A stretch of 64,000 bases of DNA from TPA_inf: Saccharomyces (taxonomy: Eukaryota). Location: NCBI GenBank assembly GCA_000146045.2, contig BK006948.2:416001-480000 (forward strand), read 5' to 3'. The position numbers and the translations under genes are program-made. Below the pieces are notes generated by a model that did no database searches, was not told the DNA's origin, and was given only the letters and a program-made list of their open reading frames with translations. This document shows, piece by piece, positions 1-12,004 of the stretch. Positions within the stretch are counted from its first letter, which is position 1, and each line of letters starts with the position of its first letter.

Positions 1-346
1 GCAAATTTTGCAATGCTTTGCTTGATTGAAAAATTTGCATACGGGTAATACCGCGTTGATAATAATGTAACAATCAAATAATCAAGACAACAGCAGAGTT
101 ATTCTTTAAATACGATATATATGGGAGTATCATCATATTTAAATGTTGATTTTTTTGGGTTTTTTTTTTGGGCAATTTTAGAGCAGTAGGCTTAAAATAT
201 ATTAAAATTATTAAAGGTATTACTTAATCTTAAAGGTCGTCGAAATCTATAATAGTACGTGTATCAAACACTTTTGTAATTAATATTAATGTCGTTAAGT
301 GGTTAAATAGTGGGGTATTTCGTTTTTGCGTTGTTGTAAAAATTTA

Positions 347-1681
347 CTAGGACATTCCATCAGGCTTCCAATCTAACCCCAACCTTTGATAAACCTGTGT
401 TTGGCATTGAAACCAGATGGCAGCCCTCTCCTCTGAAGTTAGAGAAACCTTATTAACGACATTTTTCTGTGTACCAGCACCTAATGTCTTAGCATCATTT
501 TTATAATTTTTTAGTTGCAAATTTTTCATTAAAGCCTTTTTTAAAAGACTACCAGAGTTAGTGCAGTCATGTATTTTAAAACCATGCGGTATGAGGCTTG
601 GAGGCGGCATGTCAGGCCTTTTCAAATTTGAATTTAGTAATTTCCATCTCTTGTATTCGGAGCGCTTTTGTTTAAAGTCATATCTGCATTGGGCCTCGAC
701 GGCAACATTTAATAAATAGTTCTCAATTATATTTCTCCATTCAGGCTTTGATAGACGCATAATGGGTTCCTTTGACCCAGTCATTTCTTCATGTCTTTTT
801 CTTGCTGATGCAACTGTATATTTTGCGCTTGTCAACTTAAAATTGCGGTCTAGATTTGCTTCTATGTATAAGTCTGAGTTAACCAATGTCGCTATTATAA
901 ACTCATCACTGGAACTTAGGGGAAGTAATTGTAGTCTGAATTGCGGTAAGTTTATACCGGAGGTCACTACCGTCGGTAACTGGGAACCCCATTCTGGCCT
1001 TAATTGTTCCACAATTAACAAGGATCGTATATCGTTTAGATCCCAGTCCAGCAATTCGCGCTTTGTAAACTTAGGACGTCCGTTATAAAGTATATTTGCT
1101 GGATCAGACATCAGAACTTCGGGAGAATACATATCATAGAATGTTTTGGGTAAAGCGTCTTCAAGTGTTACTTCTGTGACGAACTTAGGTGTTTTTGTAT
1201 CAATTAACGAGCTGCCTGTGGTGATGTCCGTAAGAGCAGTAGATGGCTGTGAAAATATACTCGATTCGTATGAAGATGAATGGTCTGAAACAAAACTTTG
1301 ACTGTCCGGGGTATTTATGTGTTGGATATTTGCATTTTCTGCAGTATTACTGTTCACTTCCATAGGTTTAGTTCCTGCAGTAGGCAATAACCTTTTTATG
1401 ATTTCTATTCTTGCCCTGTCTGCATATTCTGGTGGTGTAGTAACAAAATTGTTGTTGCTCCTAACATTTCCTGAATTGGAACTCAAATTATAGTGATTTG
1501 GTGTGTTTATTTCTTGGTTATTATGTGGAAGATTGCTGTTGAATCCAATAGAAGGAACGCTATTTGTCATTTCTGTGTCAGCGTTGGGTTGAACATTCTT
1601 TGGATTTTCGTCATGTCTTTTCGATTTTCTTTTCCCTAATACTTGGTTCCTCGCTGTTGCTGGAGGTGGTGAAACAAACAT
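347..1681 (-). CDS. STD1: Std1; Mth1/Std1-family regulator of glucose signalling (interacts with the Snf3/Rgt2 sensors and Rgt1)
   Basis: 444-aa [32 protein letters not shown]...; length and sequence match my recall of yeast Std1 (YOR047C). Its position next to RAT1 agrees with chromosome XV order. Confidence 0.88.
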
Positions 1682-2629
1682 CTCGTTTTATTTGTCTGTT
1701 AAGTAGTGCAAAACCTCCTACAATCGCGATGGTAACGAAAATGATAGGTAAATGAGAGCTTCTAATATATTAAACTGGTTTCCTACGGTACGATATTTCT
1801 TGAAGCCTTTCTTCTCCTCTATTTAGTTCGAAAACGTCCCTCTCTCGTTAACTCAAAAGAAAATTTACTAAACTATAACTCTGTCTTTTAATAACTCCTG
1901 GAATTTTTCCGTTATGGAACTAAGAGCAGCCTTCGCTAAAAGATTTTCCGTGTTTTCAAAAGGAAGGGAAAAAATTGGACAAAAACCCGCGTACGAAAAT
2001 TTTCCTGCTTAGCTCAGTCGGATTTATTGAAAACTTTATTTCATTTTTCCACAACATCCCACATTACCCGATTGTTTGTTGCAAGATTTTTTGAAGAGGA
2101 CGCTTGCATATTGGCCAAGGAGGAAGTGTAAGATGTGCTTTCGTGACTTGAGCGAAGGGGTTGGCGTTGTATAGCATGAACTTCCCAATATGTTGCATTC
2201 ATCCCTGGATGATAACAGACCAAAGACCAAATTTGATTTTAAGTTTAGGAACTTAGAAAAAAAAGGTAGTGCCGTATTCGAAACTTTCGCCGTGGACTGC
2301 CTCTCTTTTCAAAAAAGAAGAACAGACCATGCTTTTTCTCCTGGATCTGGAAGAAAAAATACACGAAGCGTATAAATCAAAATAGAGTTCGGTCTATTGG
2401 CTTACAAGGATTTCGCTATTTTACAAGAGGACGTATATTCATATATTCATGCTTCAGCATGATTTTCTCTTAACTTAATATGTTCCATTTTTTGTTATAA
2501 AATATTACTGTTCGTCGTTTGTAAGAGCAGACACTATTATCTTAAAAGAGCTTTTTTTTAATTGTATGAAGATTTTATAAATTTGCGAAAACCTAAATTT
2601 ACCATAAAATAAAATGCGCACGAGTAGTT

Positions 2630-5600
2630 CTAACGCCTATTTGCTCTTGAATTGTCATACCGACTTTGCTTGTTATTCCGAGAGTAGCTGTTGCCGCTGT
2701 ACTGTCCACTATTTCTATTTCCGGAATAGTTATTGTTCCTGTAATTTGAATTTTGTCTGTAATTATTGTTTCCACCATCATACCTGCTATTGTTGAAGCC
2801 GGGTTGACTGTTGTAGCTATTCCTACCATAGTTGTGGGCGGGTTGGACATTATTTCTACTGAGCTCAGCAAAATAAAAGAATGCTCGATAGCCACCAGTT
2901 CTTGGTTTGTACTGAGTAATACCCTTTGGTCCTACTGGAACAATATTTTGCTTCAAATCATTACCAAAGTTCCAGCGACGGGAGTAATTTTGGTTATTAT
3001 ACTTGTACATTATGGAATCAAGGTCATATGCTGTTAGTACCGGTTCTGACGGAATGAACCCGTTCAGTATAATAGACTTATTTCTCGATGGCAACGGAAT
3101 TAATCTATAGGACATCTTTAAAATCAAGGTGGTAGATAAATTTGGCAGTGACCCACCTTGAATCGGACATACAATTTTCCCATTTAATTCGAAACCTTCA
3201 ACGTCCTTTGATACAATACCACTTAAACCACTCTTGAAGTGTTGAAACTTCACAACAACATTGTTGTTGTTGTTTTCCTTTGAGTATAATTTCTTCGAAA
3301 ACCTCTCATAATTAGCATTCTTGTTACTTATTAATAAAACAGGTTCTCCGCGAATATTTCTTGCCCTCTCAGCATCAGAAAGTAAAGGATATTGTGCACG
3401 AACAGCTGTTAACAGTCTATCCTGATCGATGAATGGTAGCAACGCTATGCCTTGCCAGGACATCTTCTTACCATTCATATCTATGGGAAATTCTTCAGGA
3501 TAAAAATCAATGATTTCAGAGTCAGGTTCAGACATCAAAGACCGGAAAATTTTTGGCAAAGCATGGCCAGATGCAGCTGGTAAAACACTCATCAATTGTT
3601 CGTAAGGTAAAAATGGAGTACCTTCTTCGAACTTTATCTCCAAGTGAGAAAACCCATGGAAATCTGTTGCCAGAGGAGCATAATGGTACGGATAGAACCA
3701 ATTCCAAGAGGCACAACCTTGATAGTAATACATTAGTACCCAGGCGACCCCTTCGATATAGCATTTTACCATATCTTTTCTTAACTGTTCAATATCTTGA
3801 GGAGTAACGTGAAATTTAGCTGTGTAATATCTTTCGTGGTAACCAGGTTCGAATAGTTTGACAAATTCATCTGTATCAAAGACCCCATTTTTGGGACCTT
3901 CGCTGACATTCACTGTGCTGTGGACTGGTGAATCTCTTGATACTTCTGTAGTTTCAGAGTTTTCCCTGTCGTTTACGTCAGCCACAATCTCATCTTTGAT
4001 CTCTGCATCGAGATCGCACTCTGATTCCGCTTTCTCTGTCTTAACTTTTTTGCTATCCTTAGCAATTTCTTCCTCTTCATTATCCTTTTCAAGACGGTGT
4101 TTCTTATTTATTATTTTCTGTTTCATAACTTCTGCAAGGTTAAAATTAGTTTTGTTAGCCTTACTAACAGCATCATCAATTTCTTCCTTGCTGATATCTT
4201 TCATCAGTTCATTGTTCTTATCACTCTGTTGCTTAACTTTGGCGATTGCTTCTTCGTTCCCCTCGTTCGCAAGCATCAGTTCCTTTTTCAACCTTACCAT
4301 ATCACTGGTGGTCAAGTTCCATGAACCTTTTGCTAAATTTCCTTGTGTGTCATACATTTGCAGTTGCTCCGTAGCTACTGTAGGATGCCTGTCTTGACCT
4401 TTTGACATATTTTTCTGCGCTTTCCTTCTTTCAAAAGCTTCTTTCTTTCTGGCTTCTTGAATATGTCTAGTTTTGAAGATATCCCCCTCACGGGAGCCAA
4501 GGTGTTGCAATAGCGTTTCAACAGAAGGGAGGTTCAAGACACCGTCGCAGGTCATGTACGTTTTCAATTTCGGTAGTACTACCTTCCAAATATCCAAGAG
4601 AATATCAATACTATTTTCTCTGACATCTAAGCATGGTAAATGTGGTAAAAAGTCATTACCACAGAAAAAGCACATGAAAACCCAATCGTCGATAGCCCTT
4701 TCTAAATCAAATGTAAATGGAAGACCCGGAACCCATAACTCAGCGGACAAGTATTCCCTCAAAACATTTATGTGCAGCCACAAGAAAGGTTGTTCGGAAT
4801 TTTGTTTTTGGAGAAATTGTTTTTCTTCTTCAGTCATATTTATAGTATCTTTTAAGTTATTTCTTTTCCGATTGTCTTGAGCAAAAACATCTTCTCTTAG
4901 AATTTTAAAATGTGGTTCATGAGTGGCAAGGCCCAAAAAAATTAAATCAGCATCCAAACCGTATATACAGTGCGTTGTGTTGGGATTATATTCAGGATCA
5001 GCTCTTTGAGACCTAATGAAATTCATTATTTTGTGCTCACCTTCACCTGGGACGGTGGCGTCACTGATAATCACCTGCAGGTTTTTCCAACCAGGGTCAG
5101 TGGCCAGTTTAAATGCTGTCCAATAACGGAGGGCCGCGGCAAGCTTATCCATAAATGGGGTGCCTGGAGTGATCGCATTTGAATCCCAAGTTTTCTTGTT
5201 CCTGACGGCATCATCGATTATCTCACCAACTTCTTCTCGCTGTCTCATAATTTCTTCCCTGGCTTCGTTTTCAATCTGAGCATCCCTAGCACTCCTAAAT
5301 CTACGCGCTCTCTGCTGGTTCATTTTGGCACGAGGAGCAACACCATCAACAGCCATAACAAGTACCTTGCGTGGTCTAGCCATATTTAACACACGATTGG
5401 TATATTCAAAAACTGCCAAAAGCATTTCATCTTCAGTCTCTGGAGGCGGTTTGTTTTCTGGGTGCGAACATGGATGAACAATACCATTCATATCCAAATA
5501 CAAGTTGTCTAACTCACCGTTTGGATTTGAGGCGGAATAATCCAACGGCAATATGACACCGTCGACTATCTGAGGTTGCTCTTCCAATACTGGGGATATG

Positions 5601-5650
5601 ATCTTTGGATATTTTCGAGATAGCCATCTGAAAAATGACGGAACACCCAT
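2630..5650 (-). CDS. RAT1: Rat1/Xrn2 nuclear 5'-3' exoribonuclease
   Basis: The track ORF is 1022 aa. The true start is the internal MGVPSFFRWLSRKYPKII..., giving 1006 aa. The XRN-family N-terminal catalytic domain is conserved and the C-terminus is Asn/Arg/Tyr-rich. Confidence 0.92.
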   Translation of the reverse strand: MGVPSFFRWLSRKYPKIISPVLEEQPQIVDGVILPLDYSASNPNGELDNLYLDMNGIVHPCSHPENKPPPETEDEMLLAVFEYTNRVLNMARPRKVLVMAVDGVAPRAKMNQQRARRFRSARDAQIENEAREEIMRQREEVGEIIDDAVRNKKTWDSNAITPGTPFMDKLAAALRYWTAFKLATDPGWKNLQVIISDATVPGEGEHKIMNFIRSQRADPEYNPNTTHCIYGLDADLIFLGLATHEPHFKILREDVFAQDNRKRNNLKDTINMTEEEKQFLQKQNSEQPFLWLHINVLREYLSAELWVPGLPFTFDLERAIDDWVFMCFFCGNDFLPHLPCLDVRENSIDILLDIWKVVLPKLKTYMTCDGVLNLPSVETLLQHLGSREGDIFKTRHIQEARKKEAFERRKAQKNMSKGQDRHPTVATEQLQMYDTQGNLAKGSWNLTTSDMVRLKKELMLANEGNEEAIAKVKQQSDKNNELMKDISKEEIDDAVSKANKTNFNLAEVMKQKIINKKHRLEKDNEEEEIAKDSKKVKTEKAESECDLDAEIKDEIVADVNDRENSETTEVSRDSPVHSTVNVSEGPKNGVFDTDEFVKLFEPGYHERYYTAKFHVTPQDIEQLRKDMVKCYIEGVAWVLMYYYQGCASWNWFYPYHYAPLATDFHGFSHLEIKFEEGTPFLPYEQLMSVLPAASGHALPKIFRSLMSEPDSEIIDFYPEEFPIDMNGKKMSWQGIALLPFIDQDRLLTAVRAQYPLLSDAERARNIRGEPVLLISNKNANYERFSKKLYSKENNNNNVVVKFQHFKSGLSGIVSKDVEGFELNGKIVCPIQGGSLPNLSTTLILKMSYRLIPLPSRNKSIILNGFIPSEPVLTAYDLDSIMYKYNNQNYSRRWNFGNDLKQNIVPVGPKGITQYKPRTGGYRAFFYFAELSRNNVQPAHNYGRNSYNSQPGFNNSRYDGGNNNYRQNSNYRNNNYSGNRNSGQYSGNSYSRNNKQSRYDNSRANRR

Positions 5651-6667
5651 TATATTACGAAACTTGGCTGTAGCACTTCCTTGAAGAACCTGTCTCACTA
5701 ATTATTACGGGATGTCTTTATGTTGTAATAGGTTCATCGATGAGGTTTGGTTTTTTATTGCCATAGCTGAAAATCTTATCTAGATACTCTCGTTACCCGA
5801 CTTATCATTCCCGAGACGCTCAAATATACAACCTGATGAGAAAGTAAGGTAATATACCTCCAAATGTTCAAGATTATAAAATACATTGCAGTGCCTTAAA
5901 AACGTACTTCCGATATTATGTGATAGTAAACTTTTCGTAGTTTTTCATCAGAGATGGGGAAAGCTTTTTTGGTGAATTGATTTTACAACTACTTGTTTCA
6001 GTATACTATAAAAATCGAGTAAAATTCGTGAATCTTTGAATAGAAAAGATTTCGTGAACATATCTATAAATTAATCACTTTCTTAACCGATATAAGATTT
6101 TAGCCCGGTGATATAGGCTTCAATCAGCAGTTACGCTTTTTTGCTTTAATTTTACTGTTTATGGAGGTAAACTAACGCTCCTGCTCTCTTTCATATATCA
6201 ACAGATAGGTCTGTTGATTGATTCAAATAAATTTATTTTCCTTATGTGCGCCATAATTATATGACCCTATAAGCTGCCGATAGCGGATTTTCTGTTCTCT
6301 ATGGGAAACTCTGTAGTTTTCTTTTTTTTAGTTTAGTTCGTTCCCAAAAATGGAAGAACGTCAAAACAGTGATCTACATTAAGCTGAGGCGAAAACACTA
6401 AACGAGGAAAGTTATACGATGGCACAGGAACAAAATAGAAAGTATGTATGACGTTGAAGGCTGATTAAAGCATTGAAAGGGGAAAAATACTTGTGAACTA
6501 AAAAATGTACATATTACGATGTCGAAATATAAGGAAGTAAAAATGCTGTCCGGTTCTTTTGAATAGGAGAAAAAATAAACAGAACATAGTCGGGAACTTC
6601 GAGAAAAAAAGTAAGAATTGAAAAATGCATATGAACGATCAGATTGACATTCAAATTCTACGTATCA

Positions 6668-7816
6668 CTAAAGTTTAGCCTTCTTTTTAGAGGAAAACAA
6701 GTTAGCTATTTTGGACATGAATTGTTTGAAGGTGCTAATCGGGTATTTCATGCTTGCTTGGAATTCCTCCTTTTCAATATCAAATTGTTTTGAATCCGAA
6801 GTATCTAAGATATCTTCAACATCGTCAGTATGTGGTAAAGTTTCAGGATCAACATGGCCCGGTGTGATTGGAATCGAGGTGCTTCTACCTTTAAACGCAA
6901 ATCCAGGGTGGAAGATGGTCAAAGTGACCGTAGCGATGGCCATCATTAATGCATCTAAGATAATAAAATACCACTCGTGTGTGATCAGATAGCCATCCCA
7001 ACCGACAACTAATTCAGCCAAACGGTAACAACAACGGGTAAAAATGGTTAGTACCGCAACGGTTATTGCCAGATTAAAATAATGAAAAACCCAACGTTTA
7101 GGTTCGAGTCTCAAAAAATGGAACTTTTCCCTGTATAAATAATCAACTTCTGTTTGCGATATCTTTAAGAGGCTCAATGAGATAGGTCTAGAATTTATGT
7201 GTTCCCATCTTACCGATATATATATACGGAAAAGGAAGTGAAACCATAACATAAGAAAGATGGCCATCGATGCAACTTGAATGGCCAAACCAGCAATGAA
7301 AACATGATTGCCGGTTGTTGTGGACGTTCCATCTGTGACCGCCACACCACACAGGCCACCGCCTACAGCTTGCACCACAAGCGATACGATATCGGAACAT
7401 ATGAAAATAAAAGAATACGCCATTGGAGAGGGCAATAAAGAGAACCTGTGGCCGTATACTTCTATAAGCTTTGCAAGTTGATAATAAATACCACCCATTG
7501 TGAAAACTGGTGCAATAGTCAAACAAATCATGTTCAAAAGAAAAGCGTCCATATCGGCGACATTAGAATGCGACCACGTCCTCCCTATAAATCCAAGAAC
7601 TTCCAAAATACCTGTGCATATAAAAGCGATTGAAAACCAGTATTGGCGCATCAGTAACTGTACGACATGTATTGTCAGTAGTATACCCCAAATGACAATC
7701 ATCGTGATATTAAAACGAAGGTTCGGTACCATACCACCATAAAGGGAATTACTGTTAGCTGCTGCTTCTAACTGTGGCAAAAGACTGCCTAACGTATTAT
7801 TTGTTGCGTTGGACAT
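6668..7816 (-). CDS. RSB1: Rsb1; Rta1-family multipass membrane protein (sphingoid long-chain-base exporter)
   Basis: 382-aa ORF with about 7 hydrophobic segments, MSNATNNTLGSLLPQLEAAANS...; sits between RAT1 and ETT1 as on chromosome XV. The exact N-terminal start codon is uncertain. Confidence 0.75.
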   Translation of the reverse strand: MSNATNNTLGSLLPQLEAAANSNSLYGGMVPNLRFNITMIVIWGILLTIHVVQLLMRQYWFSIAFICTGILEVLGFIGRTWSHSNVADMDAFLLNMICLTIAPVFTMGGIYYQLAKLIEVYGHRFSLLPSPMAYSFIFICSDIVSLVVQAVGGGLCGVAVTDGTSTTTGNHVFIAGLAIQVASMAIFLMLWFHFLFRIYISVRWEHINSRPISLSLLKISQTEVDYLYREKFHFLRLEPKRWVFHYFNLAITVAVLTIFTRCCYRLAELVVGWDGYLITHEWYFIILDALMMAIATVTLTIFHPGFAFKGRSTSIPITPGHVDPETLPHTDDVEDILDTSDSKQFDIEKEEFQASMKYPISTFKQFMSKIANLFSSKKKAKL

Positions 7817-8845
7817 TTTGAATTTCTCAACGTCTATAATCAGAAAAAAAGTACTGTGAGAAATCTATTTTAGAACAACCAGCAGTAATTAGTTACGCCC
7901 TTAGTATACTATTGCTTGAACTGCTAGGAAACCAGAGTTTACGTAGAAAAGTAATGAATTTTAAGTCTACTACTGAAAGAAAAAAAAAAAATACTTTACT
8001 GTGCAAGCGACAAGGAAAACTCTTCTTATTTCTATTGATTCTGGGGTCGACTGCAAATAATAAACCTTATATAGTGTTTTGCCCATCAGCTCAACTGTTT
8101 TAGGTGAAAATGGGAGGCACACCAAAGAAAAATAAACAGGGCAAATTAGAGCTCCGTGGGTACAACCGATCAGAATCACACCTATTCCCTTTTAGAGAGC
8201 GAGATAGCGAGAAAAAGTCAAGAGCTTTTCGACATTTGCGGAAAAATTACGGGGGATGCTTACGTACAGCTAGGGGGCGACAGAACCCTCAAGGCATGGC
8301 CGTGCAGCACTCGCACAGGACTTGGTGCAAGAAGTTCGGTTACTAATGAGAATGTCAACTATCGGAGCTGCCACAACTACTAGGCAACGTCGTTTTCCAG
8401 TGGTCCCTGACATATCAATTGCCGCACTGTCACTGTGCGCAAATATAATAGGAAACAGAGGACCGACGGAGACCATATCTTTCCGCGGAAAAAGAGTCCG
8501 AGCGAAGTCCGGAAGGAAATATGACGGAGCAAGAATGCTTCCGCGGATGTAAAAGATTGTGCTATGCTCTGGATTGCCCTCTCGGAGAGTTTTGTTGGTT
8601 TGTTTCACTGAAGCCATTGATAATAAACTCTTTATTGGGTGATGACGAGGCTGAGCACCAAAAAACCTAAAAGGAAACCAAAAGTTTAACTCATTAAATA
8701 AGTTGTGACTATATTTCAACACGCGCTCTAATAAATATAGCCTTTCTTTTAGCTTTTCTATAAAACTAGATAAAAATAGTAATTTTTGAGAGTACTTAAG
8801 GCAACAGAAGGAGTGAGTAAAAATAAAAAAGAAGCGTGGATGCGC

Positions 8846-10084
8846 TCAGCCTTGTAAGAAATTGTCCAGGACATCTTGAAATTTACCATGAGAAGCCTTG
8901 TTTGCTTTGCCTAAGATTTCTTCGGCGGTTTTGTAAGCTTCTTCTTGTTCAGCACTTTCATTGTCAAGCAGGTTACCTAGGTCAATATATGCTTCGGCGA
9001 CTTGAACCCAGGTGTCCGGATCATCCTCCAGTTTAGCCTTTTCCAAGTATTCTAAAGCCTTTTTTGTGTGCTTCAAAGCGGTTTCTTGGGCGTTCTTGGC
9101 TTCCTTGTCGCTAACCTTTTCAGAACCGCCATCATCGTACTGTAGGCTTAAGAAAACTTTACTTGGTTCTTCAGCTTTTTTTAGGTATAGTTCCCCTAGG
9201 GTGTTAGCTATTGATGCATAGATTTTCACATCTGTATTTGTGTTGTCAAGCAATTTATCAAAATGGTTTCTTAGCCACTCGTAATTCGCTTCTAGCGATT
9301 GTTGTAGGGGATATACAGGGTGTTCTGGTTCCAACTCAATATCAATGAGTTCCTCTTCCTCTTCATTATCGCTATCTATGCCCTCTTGAATAGATTGTTC
9401 GCGACCAAAATTCTCGACGATGTCCAATAAGTCATTCACCATTTGTAGGATTTCAAAAGTAAATTCAGTATCGTTTTCATAAATTGAAAAATGCTTCTTA
9501 CCATGTTCAAGCTGTCCTACAAGATCAAGTTTTTTATCCTTCGATTTCAAATGGAGATTGGAAATATATTCCAACGGAATCCTTTGGAAAATTATCTTTG
9601 CTAAAACTAGTTTTAGAAATTGGGATTCAGGGAAATGCGAAAGACCTAATTCGACTCTTTCGATAGCACTTTCAAAAAATGAGGATACATCTTTTTTTCT
9701 CTTTTCTTCAGTGGCTTCCTCATCGCCTGCCTTGAAAATAGTCAATTCAGATAAAGCCAGAGCATATATACCATGGAAAATATCGTTCAGCGTCTTCTTA
9801 ATCTCTTTATCTTCTTCAGAAAGACGCAATAATCTGTCACATTCGTGAACGATTCCATTTAAAACATATTCGTCGTCTCTGTCAGAGTGAAAATATTTAG
9901 ACCACAGTCCTTTCAGCTGAGCTAATTCGTCATCTAAATCAGCATCATCGTCAAGCTCAACACTCATTTGACTTCTCACAGGTGTGGATTCTCTGGAAGG
10001 TTCATCGCTCTTCTTTTCGACACTTTCCACCTTTCTTTTCTTTTCTCTACTTTGTTTACCTAAACCTAAGGGTCTTTTAGCCAT
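8846..10084 (-). CDS. ETT1: Ett1; nuclear protein affecting translation termination
   Basis: 412-aa ORF, MAKRPLGLGKQSREKKRKVESVEKK..., acidic; the length matches YOR051C. Confidence 0.82.
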   Translation of the reverse strand: MAKRPLGLGKQSREKKRKVESVEKKSDEPSRESTPVRSQMSVELDDDADLDDELAQLKGLWSKYFHSDRDDEYVLNGIVHECDRLLRLSEEDKEIKKTLNDIFHGIYALALSELTIFKAGDEEATEEKRKKDVSSFFESAIERVELGLSHFPESQFLKLVLAKIIFQRIPLEYISNLHLKSKDKKLDLVGQLEHGKKHFSIYENDTEFTFEILQMVNDLLDIVENFGREQSIQEGIDSDNEEEEELIDIELEPEHPVYPLQQSLEANYEWLRNHFDKLLDNTNTDVKIYASIANTLGELYLKKAEEPSKVFLSLQYDDGGSEKVSDKEAKNAQETALKHTKKALEYLEKAKLEDDPDTWVQVAEAYIDLGNLLDNESAEQEEAYKTAEEILGKANKASHGKFQDVLDNFLQG

Positions 10085-10771
10085 TTCTGTACGATTACTT
10101 TCTTGGACTGTTCTCCTTTTTTCTTCAATTCTTTTTCTTTTGGGTGCCTACAATTGTTCTATTATTTAAAAACTAGTTTATATTGAAATTTTTCAAAATA
10201 TGCAACATTTCAAATGACGAAAAAAAGAGTTCTTTTTCTCGCACTTTTTTTTTTACCTCTTTCGGTCGCAAAACGATATATGCGGAAAATTGTTTTTCCG
10301 CTACAACCTCATGAAATGGAAAAAGAAATGGTGAAGTTACTCCAGCTTTCATTTGTTTATATTTCGATTGCCTTAACGCTTAAAAATGAATTGTAAACAT
10401 AAAAAAAAAGTCGTTTTCTCCCTTTCTTCCCCGTACAAAAAAAGAAACGAAAAACCAAAGACCAACCAACAGATTAGGTTCTTGCGTAAGGCGTTTCAAA
10501 GGTTAAGCACCACTTCTTGATTATTAATATTATTAGTTATACGTTATATAAGAGTAAGTGGTTACAATGAACGGTCTCTCTTGATGAGTCAGGATAGATG
10601 AAGAAAAAAAAAAAAAAAACGAAGAGACCATTCAAGTAATTTATACATGTTATTTTGTAGAGAAATGCATCAAAAGCGTTCTTTTCCCTTGTGTAACATC
10701 AATGCCGATTAGACGTTACAATGCAGTTCCCAGTGAATTAGATGTGTGTATGATTTAACCATGATAGGTGT

Positions 10772-11224
10772 TTAAATTTGTATCTTTGGAGCCTTAGTTT
10801 GTTCAGCTTCTAGCTTATCAGCGTTTCTTTGATGTAGCTGTTCTTTGCAGCTCGTTAAGCCATTACAAGCATGGTTTTCCATTAATCTGTGTTTCGAGCA
10901 AAAGTGACCTTTGCAAAAATTACAGTCACCGATGAATTTCGAAGCCGCACTTGAACAGGTATCGAAATAACAAGCATTCTTCTTTTTCTTCTTGGTCGTT
11001 TTCTTAGTCACCCGCCTACTGCTCTGACCCGTCGATGTCACGCTAGAGTTACTAGAAGACCTTGAATTCAACGGTATAGCACCCAGGACGGTCCCGGAAT
11101 CTGATTTCTTTATCTTAGCGTGGTATGTGCTTTTATCCTCGATCTCATGCATGGGATCCTTGGGAGTAACTTGTCTAATTTCATCCTTTCTGGATGGAAT
11201 TTCGATTTCGTTTATATCAGACAT
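10772..11224 (-). CDS. TMC1: Tmc1; AN1-type zinc-finger protein
   Basis: 150-aa ORF. The C-terminal Cys/His pattern CYFDTC...CNFCKGHFCSKHRLMENHAC is an AN1 zinc finger. Matches YOR052C. Confidence 0.82.
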   Translation of the reverse strand: MSDINEIEIPSRKDEIRQVTPKDPMHEIEDKSTYHAKIKKSDSGTVLGAIPLNSRSSSNSSVTSTGQSSRRVTKKTTKKKKKNACYFDTCSSAASKFIGDCNFCKGHFCSKHRLMENHACNGLTSCKEQLHQRNADKLEAEQTKAPKIQI

Positions 11225-11832
11225 TTTTAGTTTCTATTCTTTTGGTGATTTTGATAGTTTTGTGCTTCACTTGATGTAAATGAATCAGTAAAGCAGAATA
11301 AATAGCGGTTTAGCGGATAGGCTGCTTGATCCTTTTATCCAAGATGTATGATAGAGTCAGGAACTCTTCAAGCGGGAAAGGCGAGAATATCTCTTATGCA
11401 AAGTCTAAGACTTCGGTGGCAAGTATTTCCCTTTTATATCTTCTTTGCTTCTGGGCCGATGCAGTCTTTGCCACCGCCCCCTTCTTTCTTTTTTTCCCTG
11501 ACAGGGCCGAAGCTCGCAGAAAACAGAAAGGTGAAACGAACCGCAGAGCTGTGGAGCATTTGATCTCACCCGCTTTGCGATAAGCTGGCAAGGTTAAATC
11601 GGATTTGAACCACTCCCTTTCCCTCAGAATGAACATCCGATAGAGTGACGACGCACCTCCGCAGCATCGTAAGCGCTAACTATGAGACATAAAACTCCCT
11701 TTGGAAAATGAGTTAAGTGTCCTACTTGCCTATTTTTAGCCTTCTCTTCTGGTTATCAGTGATTAATGCAAATTTATTCTATGTAAAGATATATATAGTT
11801 CAAAAGTTTTACAATAATGAAATTAGTCCTAT

Positions 11833-11962
11833 TTAAGATCGCTGTAGCCCTCCTTTATCTTCTTTCTTTTTTCCTTCATCGTCTTCATCTTCGTCTTCGT
11901 CATCTTCATCGTCGTCGTCGTCGTCGTCATCATCGTCGTCATCATCGTCGTCATCATCATCA

Positions 11963-12004
<42 letters not shown>

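Noticed and set aside
8270-8722. 150-aa minus-strand ORF between RSB1 and ETT1, probably the 'dubious' YOR050C.
   Set aside because: Arg/Ser/Cys-rich, low complexity, no recognisable domain, and it lies in the RSB1 promoter region. Most likely non-coding.
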